Shown one piece after another: positions 16,946-26,800 of a stretch of DNA of 64,000 nucleotides; position 1 is the stretch's first letter; each line of letters begins with the position of its first letter. Source of the stretch: Clostridiales bacterium UBA1775 (lineage in GTDB: Bacteria; Bacillota; Clostridia; Monoglobales; Firm-18). The stretch spans positions 23,879 through 87,878 of the forward strand of contig DCGP01000017.1 of NCBI GenBank assembly GCA_002314595.1, given 5' to 3'. A program made the translations under genes and the position numbers. Under the pieces are notes generated by a model. That model did not search any database, had not been told where the DNA came from, and saw nothing but the letters and a program-made list of their open reading frames with translations.

Positions 16946-19900
16946 ATGAAAAAAATAGGATTATATGCAATAATCAGCGTTTTGTTTTTAATATCATTTA
17001 CTATTCAAGTTTTTGCGGAAGAAAACTGTCATAGTATGATTAACGAATGGTATGGAAATGAGACTATTGCAAACAGTATTCCAAAAACTGTAAAGGAATA
17101 CTTTGATGTAAGAAAAAATTCTTTAATTGATTCTTCTCTATTTACAAGTAATTATGCAAGTGAAAAAGTACAAAAAAATGAAAATGAGCGTCGTGTAAAA
17201 ATACTTGAAATGCAATGTAGAATGAATATTAATATAGTAGATGTAGATAAACATATACAAGTATTGGAAACAAAGGTGGAAAATTCAAACACAATATTAA
17301 CTATTAAGGAATGGTTTTTCTATGATTACGATGATTTAGATGTTGAAGGGTTTAAAATTAACACAGCCGGATTTGGTACAACTCACACTTTAATTATAGA
17401 TAAGAATGATACTATTATTGATGACTTATACGATGAATCAGAAACCACAGGTATAATTACAACAGAAAGTAAAAATACTAATTTAATTAGTAAAAATATG
17501 TCAAGTTCAATAGAAAATATAGAAGAATCAAATATAAGCTTAATGAGCACCAATTTTTATTCAAGTTATAATGTTGATGCTGTTGTCACATATGCTGATA
17601 AATATTGGCAAAATTATAATACTAACTTTGCAAACTATAATCCGTATGGTGGTGATTGCACAAATTTCACATCACAATGTATTCTTGCAGGAGGAATGCC
17701 ACAAGTGTTATGTAGTAGTGGTATGACAAATGGATGGTATTATAATTCAACAAATGACCGTAGCGGTACATGGACAGTTGCTGGATACCTTAGAAATTGG
17801 ATGGCAAACAACCGAGGTGTCTTAGTAAATAATCCATCACCTTCGCAAATATACAAAGGTAGTCCTGTATTTTATAGCAGTAATGGTGGTAGTACATGGG
17901 CTCATGCTACAATTTGTGTCGGAACAAATTCAGAAGGGACTCCAATAATTGATTCTCATAATAATGATTACTATCATACAAAATGGAATTACTGGGGGAG
18001 TTCTACAACATACAGTACTGTGCAGTTGACACCGAGTAATAATTATACCAATATTCCAGCTATACAACGTGTGGTATGCACTACCAACGACGCTTCAAAC
18101 ATAGGAAATCACTCAGCAACACTTTCCGGTCATTTTACAAATCCGGGCGGTGCAAAAATTGTAAAGAGAGGTTTTCAATGGAGTACAACAACCGATATGA
18201 CACATTATACTATGTTTGATTGCAATATTACATGGGAAGATGGATTGACACATAATCAAACAACATTTTCTCCAAATACCACTTATTATTATAAATTTGT
18301 TGTTCAAGGCGAAGATGGAACATATGTATATGGGAATATGAAAAGTCTCACAACAGGACCATTTGGAAATATGACAGTTACTACAAATGATGCATATAAT
18401 ATAAAAACCAACTCTGCAACATTTAGTGGTAGTTTTTCTAATCCAAATGGTTTTGATGTGAAAAAAAGAGGATTTGTAATAGGTACTTCTTCTAATAATT
18501 TAAATTGGGAAATTATTTTCGATTGTGATATCACATGGAGTGATGGATTGACACATACCCAACCAGGACTTAAAGCTGGTACTACATATTATTACAAATT
18601 TGTTATTGGTGACGGAAATGGAAATTATAAATATGGCGGTTTGAAGAGCTTCACAACAAGAACAGCATTAGACACCGTTACAGTTACAACAAAAGACGCT
18701 TATAATATAACATCAAATTCGGCCACTTTTCATGGAAGTTTTGAACCCGGTGATTATACAATTAAAAAACGAGGATATGTTATTGGGACGGATTCAAATA
18801 ATTTAAATTGGGAAATTATTTTCAATTGTGATATCACATGGAGTGATGGCTTAACTCATACACAGCCAGGTCTTCAACCAGGAACAACATACTACTACAG
18901 GATGGTTGTGGGAGATGGAAATGGGAATTATAAATATGGCGGATTGAAATCTTTTACTACAGCTTGTAATAATCTCTCCGGACTGTACGCTATTAGACAT
19001 GTTGCAACAGGGAAGTATATTACTATGGGAAATAATGATATTGAGGGGAATCCTACGACATTAGTTGAACCAAGGTATAGCGGAGCTTTAGACACCGATC
19101 AACAATTATATTTCGAGTTGTTGTCTAATGGCGCATATAAGATTACTTCAAAAAGAAATGGATACGCATTTGAGGTAGGAGGACTTAGTAAAGATAATGC
19201 TGCTGTAGTTCAACAATGGGGATATGGAGGGATTTCCAGTCAACAGTGGTACGTATTTCGAAGGAATGACGGATATTATAAACTTGTTAATGTTAATTCA
19301 AGAAAGGCATTAGATATTGGGTCTAAAGTTCAACAATATGAGGATAATAATGCAGATGCACAAAAGTTTGAAATTATTCCGTTAACGTACGAAATCATAT
19401 ATAATGCTAATGGTGGAACAGGTGCACCAGATACACAATATAAAGTTTATAACCAAAACTTAACTTTATGCAATTCTATTTTAACCCGTCCAGGATATGT
19501 TTTCTGGGGATGGGCGGACAATGTTCAAAATGCAGAAAATGCAACATATCCAGCAGGCGGAACATTTACCGGAAACTATAGCACTACATTATATGCTGTT
19601 TGGAAAAAAGCTACCTATACCAATCATGTTCAATATTGGACTTGGGGATACAAAAATGGTGAAGGTGACAATACAGATAAAAACGCATTTTTCGTTGGAG
19701 AATATTCGTGGAATGGTGCCTTTAGCGATAGCCAAACATTTACAGAAAATATGACGAAGGAAATTCGTGGATTTAATTATCAAAAGAAATTGGTTTCTCC
19801 AACATTTACAGGTGAGTGGATTTCGTATTCTTTACCTTATACTTTTAGTCAACCAGCACAAGATGTATGGGCAAATATTGACTATGTTCCTACAGCGTAT

Positions 19901-20434
19901 GAAATAAGGTATGAATTAGATGGTGGAGTTAACAATAATGATAATCCAACTGAATATAATATTCTTTATGGAGTGAAATTCAAAGAACCGACAAAAGAAG
20001 GCTATGTTTTTAAAGGTTGGAAGGATAAAAATGGAAACGATATTGCTGGAGTTAACGAAAACTGTAATGCTTCATTTACAAGTGTTGATGATTTTTATAA
20101 TGCAGTAAATTCGAGAACTATTGGTGAAATAACTGTAAAGGCAGATTGGGAACCCATAACACCTTATACGGAATCCGTAGTTTCAGAAGCTAATAACACC
20201 TATGCTATATCAACCGATTTTATCAACATCACATCAGGCAAAATCATTGTTGCCGGATATAAAGATAATAAATTAGTTAACTTTGTTATAAGAGATTATT
20301 CACAGGAAAATGAAAGCTTTGAACTAAGTGGCGATATTGACACCATCAAGGTTATGGTATGGGATGGGCTTAACACCTTAGTGCATCTTACATCAGCGGA
20401 AGTTATTCCACAAAGTAGCTGGGCGACTGAGTAA
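16946..20434 (+). CDS. Secreted multidomain protein: amidase-like domain, 3 tandem Ig/Fn3-like modules, ricin-type lectin, Listeria-Bacteroides repeats
   Basis: Signal peptide MKKIGLYAIISVLFLISFTIQVFAEE. YADKYW...NYNPYGGDCTNFTSQCILAGG resembles the 'putative amidase domain' (Amidase_6) Cys motif. Three ~97-aa repeats. QQW/QKF beta-trefoil motifs (SQQWYVFRR, AQKFEI). Two Flg_new-type repeats (YNANGGTGAP...GYVFWGW; YELDGG...GYVFKGW). Start set to ATG 16946 after GGAGG. Confidence 0.85.
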   Translation: MKKIGLYAIISVLFLISFTIQVFAEENCHSMINEWYGNETIANSIPKTVKEYFDVRKNSLIDSSLFTSNYASEKVQKNENERRVKILEMQCRMNINIVDVDKHIQVLETKVENSNTILTIKEWFFYDYDDLDVEGFKINTAGFGTTHTLIIDKNDTIIDDLYDESETTGIITTESKNTNLISKNMSSSIENIEESNISLMSTNFYSSYNVDAVVTYADKYWQNYNTNFANYNPYGGDCTNFTSQCILAGGMPQVLCSSGMTNGWYYNSTNDRSGTWTVAGYLRNWMANNRGVLVNNPSPSQIYKGSPVFYSSNGGSTWAHATICVGTNSEGTPIIDSHNNDYYHTKWNYWGSSTTYSTVQLTPSNNYTNIPAIQRVVCTTNDASNIGNHSATLSGHFTNPGGAKIVKRGFQWSTTTDMTHYTMFDCNITWEDGLTHNQTTFSPNTTYYYKFVVQGEDGTYVYGNMKSLTTGPFGNMTVTTNDAYNIKTNSATFSGSFSNPNGFDVKKRGFVIGTSSNNLNWEIIFDCDITWSDGLTHTQPGLKAGTTYYYKFVIGDGNGNYKYGGLKSFTTRTALDTVTVTTKDAYNITSNSATFHGSFEPGDYTIKKRGYVIGTDSNNLNWEIIFNCDITWSDGLTHTQPGLQPGTTYYYRMVVGDGNGNYKYGGLKSFTTACNNLSGLYAIRHVATGKYITMGNNDIEGNPTTLVEPRYSGALDTDQQLYFELLSNGAYKITSKRNGYAFEVGGLSKDNAAVVQQWGYGGISSQQWYVFRRNDGYYKLVNVNSRKALDIGSKVQQYEDNNADAQKFEIIPLTYEIIYNANGGTGAPDTQYKVYNQNLTLCNSILTRPGYVFWGWADNVQNAENATYPAGGTFTGNYSTTLYAVWKKATYTNHVQYWTWGYKNGEGDNTDKNAFFVGEYSWNGAFSDSQTFTENMTKEIRGFNYQKKLVSPTFTGEWISYSLPYTFSQPAQDVWANIDYVPTAYEIRYELDGGVNNNDNPTEYNILYGVKFKEPTKEGYVFKGWKDKNGNDIAGVNENCNASFTSVDDFYNAVNSRTIGEITVKADWEPITPYTESVVSEANNTYAISTDFINITSGKIIVAGYKDNKLVNFVIRDYSQENESFELSGDIDTIKVMVWDGLNTLVHLTSAEVIPQSSWATE
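18071..18963 (+). repeat. Three tandem ~97-codon intragenic repeats (units 2 and 3 spaced exactly 300 nt apart)
   Basis: Units begin VVCTTNDASNI / MTVTTNDAYNI / VTVTTKDAYNI and end KSLTT / KSFTT / KSFTT. Units 2 and 3 share long identical DNA stretches (for example aataatttaaattgggaaattattttc at 18494 and 18794). Confidence 0.75.
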
Positions 20435-20454
20435 AGCTTAATAAATCAAAAAAA

Positions 20455-20493
20455 GAGCAATAGGACAAATGAGCCTATTGTTCTTTCTTTTTG
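20455..20493 (+). terminator. Intrinsic terminator of the secreted-protein gene
   Basis: 11-bp hairpin AGAGCAATAGG-acaaatga-CCTATTGTTCT (one G-U), then TTCTTTTT. Confidence 0.65.
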
Positions 20494-20560
20494 CACCCCT
20501 TTTTAATAGGTTTTGCACCCCCTAAATCAATTCCATCAAAATATAGTTATCTACACAAAT

Positions 20561-20603
20561 AAGGACAAGTGTTTTGATACCAAAATGCTTGTCCTTTTTT
20601 TAT
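20561..20603 (+). terminator. Second, stronger orphan terminator
   Basis: 16-bp stem AAGGACAAGTGTTTTG-atac-CAAAATGCTTGTCCTT (two G-U) followed by TTTTTTT. There is no ORF between it and the previous terminator. Confidence 0.55.
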
Positions 20604-20735
20604 GCTCAATACACTTGTGAAGAGTCATTTTACAGATTTGTTAGTTTCAGAGGTACTGTCTTAAATGGGTTTATTGTGTTTTTGAACAAAGAAAACTGAG
20701 AAAAATATGGAAAAGGGAGAATTTTGTAAAGTCCA

Positions 20736-20764
20736 TTTACTTTTTTTATGAAATATGATATAAT
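20736..20764 (+). promoter_or_regulatory. Putative promoter of the NRPS operon
   Basis: TTTACT - 17 nt - TATAAT with extended TG (TGaTATAAT), 54 nt upstream of the ATG at 20818 (SD AAGGAG). Confidence 0.45.
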
Positions 20765-20817
20765 AAATGTGGAATATTAGAGTTTTTTAATATTATTTTG
20801 TTATAAGGAGCAAAGGA

Positions 20818-23800
20818 ATGGATAGATTTAAAGATACAAAAAAAGAGTCTATGTTAACAGACAGTCAATTTGGCATTTACCTTGAATGTATTGATGAAAA
20901 TAATTGTGCAGACTACTTATTGCCTATTTCTTTTGTTTTTCAAAAGGGAAAAATTGATGCAGTAAAATTGTCCGACGCATTTGATAAAGTGGCAAATACT
21001 TATTCGGCTTTTTCGACTGTTATCAAAACGGTTAATTCCGAGCCTATTATGACCATTTATGATAAGGAATTGCCAAAACTAAAAGTTAGAAAAATCTCTG
21101 AAAACGATGTCAAAACAAGAAAGATGGAGCTATTTAAGCCATTTTCCTTTAACGGAGAGCTTTTGTGGAGAGGCGAAATCCTTGAAACCGAAAACGATAT
21201 TATATTTTTGCTGATTATCCATCACAATATCTTTGACGGAACATCAATGGCAGTATTAAATAATGCCCTTGCACTTGCCTATGAGGGAAAGGACTTGTCG
21301 GAGGAAGGCACAGTTTTTGATGCAAAAAAAGCAGAAGATGATATGGTTGACAACGGAATTTCAAAAGAATCAATGGATTTTTATGACGAATATTTAGACG
21401 GTATTGAAACCGACTCAAACATAATTCCCGATATGCCACAGGTCAATACCTCAAAAATGGCAGTTGTTGATGTTGCTTGTGAAATACCAATGGATAAAAT
21501 CACAGCCTTTGCAAAGGAAAATTCAGTAACTGAGAATATTGTATTTTTAAGTGCATTTGCCTATACTCTTTGCAAGGTAAATGGTCAAAAAGATGCGCTT
21601 TTCTCCTCAGTTGAAAGTGGACGATTTGGTGGAGGATACAATAATTCGATAGGTATGTTTGTAAAGTCTTTTCCAATCCGAATAAATTATGACGAGGAAA
21701 TTGCGTCCTTTGATTTCGTTAAGGGAGTTAAAACAAACTTTTTTAATACGCTATCACATAATCACATAAAATTTTCTGATTTAATTCAAAATTATTCAGG
21801 AATTGCAGATGTTAGATACATATACCAAGGCGAAATGTTTAAGGGCATTGCAGTTGGTGGTGTTGCTCCTCGCATAGATGTGCTTGATACCTATGAGCCT
21901 GTGTCCAATTTTGACTTTATGGTATACAAAATTGACAACACATTCAGAATATGGTTGGGATATAAATGCACAATGTATACAAGGGAACTAATTGAGCATT
22001 TTGCAGATATGTTTTTTTGTGTTTTAAACGGAATGTTAGACGGCAAAAAACTTGGGGATATTTCCTTTGTATCACAAAAGGGTATGGAGGAATTAGACAA
22101 AATCAATAATACAAAGTTTACCTATGACGAGGGGTTGACGGTAAACAGTATTTTTGAAGAAGCAACCGAGAAATATCCCAATAACATCGCTGTTTTATAC
22201 AAGGATAAAAAGCTGACATACAGTGAGCTTAATACTCAAATCAACAAAGTGGCAACATATGTTTCACAAAAAGGAATAGGCAAAAATGAATTTGTATCGG
22301 TTTTAATTCCAAGAAACGAATTTATGCCAATAACAGCAATGGGAATAATTAAGGCAGGTGCAGGTTATCAGCCTCTTGACCCCACATATCCAAAGGACAG
22401 GCTTGACTTTATGGTATCGGACAGCAAGTCAAAACTTTTGATTGCCGACCGAAGCTTAATAGGATTGTTGTCAGAGTACAAGGGCGATATACTATATACC
22501 GATGAAATTGATAATATTTCCGAAATGCCTTTTAAAACAGACGTAAAACCTGACAACGCATTTGTTTTGATATATACATCGGGCACAACAGGTACGCCAA
22601 AGGGGTGTATTATTGAAAACAAAAATATAGTAGCGCTGTATTTTAATCATAAAAAATTAGTTGAATTGTCGCCTAATTCAAAAGTTGCAACCATTGCAAG
22701 TTTTGGATTTGACGCAGCAGTTATGGATATTTTTACAACGCTTATGGTAGGCGCAACTCTTTATATTATTCCGGATGAAATCAAATTGGATATTCCCGAA
22801 GTAGAAAAAATATACATAGAAAACGGCATAACAAATGGTTTTATGACAACGCAACTGGGACGAATGTTTTTGGAACAAACAAAATGCAAGACACTAAAAC
22901 ATTTCGTTTTAGGGGGAGAAAAGCTTGTGCCATTCACACCACCTGCTTGGGTTCAATGTCATAACTGCTATGGCCCAAGCGAAACAATAGCCTACGTTAC
23001 AGGCTATACCATAAAAGATGACAGTTCGATGCAGCCTATAGGAAAATTAAGCATAAATACAAAGGCATATATTGTAGATTCTACAAACAGGTTGCTTCCT
23101 ATCGGTGCTTGCGGTGAACTTTGTATTGCAGGCTTGCAAGTGGGTAGGGGTTATTTTGAACGCCCTGAAAAGACTGCAGAAGTGTTTGTTAAAAATCCAT
23201 TTTCTAACGAATGTGGTTATGACAGAATATATAAAACAGGCGATGTAGTAAGATTATTGCCCGATGGAAATTTAGACTTTATCGGTCGTCGAGACGGACA
23301 GGTGAAAATTCGTGGATTTAGAATTGAGCTAACAGAGGTTGAACAGGTTATAAGAAGTTTTGACGGCATTAAAAATGCTACTGTTCAAACCTATGATGAT
23401 GCAGTTTCGGGTAAATTTATTGCTGCCTTTATTGTGGCTGACAGCAAGATTGACATTGACAAATTAAACAAATATATTATGAGTCAAAAGCCTGCATATA
23501 TGGTGCCGGCAGTTACCATGCAGATAGATAACATTCCGGTCAATGCAAACGCAAAGGTTGATAAGAAAAAATTGCCAAAGCCGGAGTATAGTTTTGGTGA
23601 AATTGTCGCACCTCAAAACAACACGCAACAAGATATTTTTGATATAGTTACATCAGTTATCGGAACAACTGCAATAAGCATTGATACCGATTTGTATCTT
23701 GCAGGTCTTTCTTCGATAGGTAGTATTAAACTATGTTCACTTTTAGCAGAGAAATTTAATATAACTATTCAAATGAAGGATTTAAAGCAAAACAATACCA

Positions 23801-26800
23801 TAGTAAAACTCGAGACGTTTGTGGATACAGCCGGACAAAATGCTGAGTTTGAACGTACAATACTTGACGATTATCCATTAACTAAAACACAAGAGGGTAT
23901 TTTTGTTGAATGTATATCAAAGCCTGAAAGTACAGTCTACAATATCCCAATTTTGTTAAAACTTTCGGATAAGCTTGATATAAATAAGTTAAAATCGGCA
24001 ATAGTTAGTGCAGTTTCAGCTCATCCCTACATTAAAACAGAGCTATTTACCGATGAAAACGGAACTGTTCGTCAAAAGAAAATGGACGATGCTCATTTTG
24101 ATGTTGACAGTATTGACAATATAAACGAAGAAATAGACAGCATAAAAGAAACATTGATACAACCCTTTGAGCTGTTAAATTCAAGACTGTTTAGGGTAAA
24201 GATAATTAAAGATTCCTATTTGTTCTTGGAATTTCATCACATTATTCTTGACGGAACGAGCATTAACCTATTTCTACGTGATATTGAAAAGGCATATTGT
24301 GGTGAGGAGCTCCAAGAAGAACGTTATAATAGTTTTGACTTGTCATATAACGAGGAGCAAAAAAGAAAAACATCAGCACTTGATGAGGCTAAAAAACACT
24401 ACGACAATATTTTAGATGGACTTGATATGAACTTCTTGCCTGAGCCGGACAGACTTATGTCGGCAAAAAAGGATAGTGGAAGCCTTTTGATGAGTCAAAT
24501 GTTACCTTCTGTTGATAAGGTTTTGGAATATTGTAACAAGAACAATATAGGTATAAACGGCTTTTTGTCCGGTGTATTTGGGTTTGTGCTTGCAAAATAT
24601 GCAGGAACTGAATACTCTGTTTTCAACACAATTTATAATGGTCGAAACGATTCCAGGGCAATGACAACTATCGGTATGCTTGTAAAAACAATTCCTGTTG
24701 TTTGCAATATCGAAAAGGAAAATTCAGCAGATATAGCAAAGGCTGTTTCATCACAAATTATAGACAGTATGACAAATGACCTATATTCCTTTGCAGAAAT
24801 CTGTAATGAGTATGGCGTTAGAAACGATATTGTTTTTGTATACCAAGGAGACGACTTTGAGTTTAATACCTTCTGTGGTGAAACGGTTAGCGAGGTACAT
24901 CTTGAATTATCCGAATCAAAGGCACCCATTGCCTTTGAGGTTTCAATCGTAAATGGTAAATTTAATTATAAGGTTGACTATAATGCCGAAATATTTACCG
25001 AAAAACTAATACAGACCTTAGTATGTGCTTTTGATAAAGCTATTTATTCCTTTGTTAATGGCGAAAAGGTAAGTGAAATTTCCCTTTTGACTGATGAAAT
25101 CACTAAGGAACTTGATAAATATAACGAAACCGAATTCGTATATGATACATCTAAAACTATTATTGACCACTATATAGAGCAAGTGAAGTTGAACCCTGAT
25201 AGGAAATGTGTTGTATACAAAGATAAAACATACACCTACAAAGAGGCCAATGATTTATCACGAAAGGTTTCATCCCATTTGATTTCAAGTGGAATAAACA
25301 AGGGTGATATTGTCGCAATTTTAATAAACCGTGATGAAAATATGATTCTTGCGTCCTATGGTGTTATTATGTCAGGATGTGCTTATGTAGGACTTGACCC
25401 AACATATCCAAAGGATAGGCTTGACCTTATGATTACCGATAGTGGAGCAAAGGCGTTGATTGCCGACCGAAGCCTAATGGGACTTATAAGTAAACCTGAC
25501 TGTAAAATCATATATACCGATGAATTTGAAGCCTTGCCAACCAACGATGATGTTGTAGACCAAAGAATCAGCGAAATAACACCGAATGACAGATGTTTGG
25601 TAATATATTCATCAGGAACGACAGGAGTGCCAAAGGGTGCAGTTTTGTGCCATAAAAACGTTGTTAGTTTCTATTACAATTATACAAATGATATGGATAT
25701 TAAGGTAGGCTCTTGTGTTGCAACCTATGCAAGCTTTGGGTTTGACGGAGGTGCACAAGATGTGTTCTGTTGCCCTATGTCAGGGGCAAGTTTGTACGTT
25801 ATTCCTGATGATATTAGGCTTGATATGGACAAGCTTGAACAATTCTATATCCAAAACAAAATAACAAGTGGATTTATGACAACACAAGTTGGTGCAATGT
25901 TTGTAAACAATACAAAGTGCCGTACACTACGCAACTTCTTAGTTGGTGGAGAAAAGCTTATTCCTGCAATTCCACCTGCTTGGACAAACTTTATGAATGG
26001 TTACGGTCCCAGCGAAACTATGTGTTATGTAAACAAATACCATGTTGCAGATACAGGAAATCTTCAACCAATCGGAAAGACAAGCAAGAATGTTAAAGAA
26101 TACATAATTGATAAGTACGGAAACAGACTTCCCTTTGGTGCTTGTGGTGAGCTTTGTATTTCAGGTGGTCAAACAGGTATGGGTTATCTGAACAGACCTG
26201 AAAAAACAGCACAATCATTTGTAAAAAATCCGTTCTGCAACCTTGAACCTTATGACAGAATGTATAAAACCGGCGATATTGCAAGGATAATGCCTGACGG
26301 AAATTATGTATTTGTAGGCAGACGGGACGGCCAGGTTAAGATTCGAGGATTTAGAGTTGAACTTTCGGAAATCGAACAACAAATAAGAAAATTTGACGGA
26401 ATAACAAATGCCACTGTTGAAGCATTTGATAGTAGCACAGGTGGAAAATTCCTTGCTGCTTACATTGTAGCAAATAAAGAAATTGACATTGCAAAATTAA
26501 ATGAATTTATAGCATCGGAAAAGCCTGACTATATGGTGCCTGCCGTAACAATGCGACTTGACGAAATACCACTTACTTCAAATGGTAAGGTAGACAAGAA
26601 AAAACTTCCTAAGCCGACCCCAACAACAAGAAAGGGAATTGAGCCTGCAAACGAAACGGAAGAAACTATTTGCGATATTTTTGAAGAGGTTTTAGGACTT
26701 GAAAAAGTATATGCCGATGATGATTTCTTTGCAATAGGTGGTTCATCTATCTCGGCAATCCAAGTTGTTGTAAAATGTAATAACGCAGGGTATAGCATAG

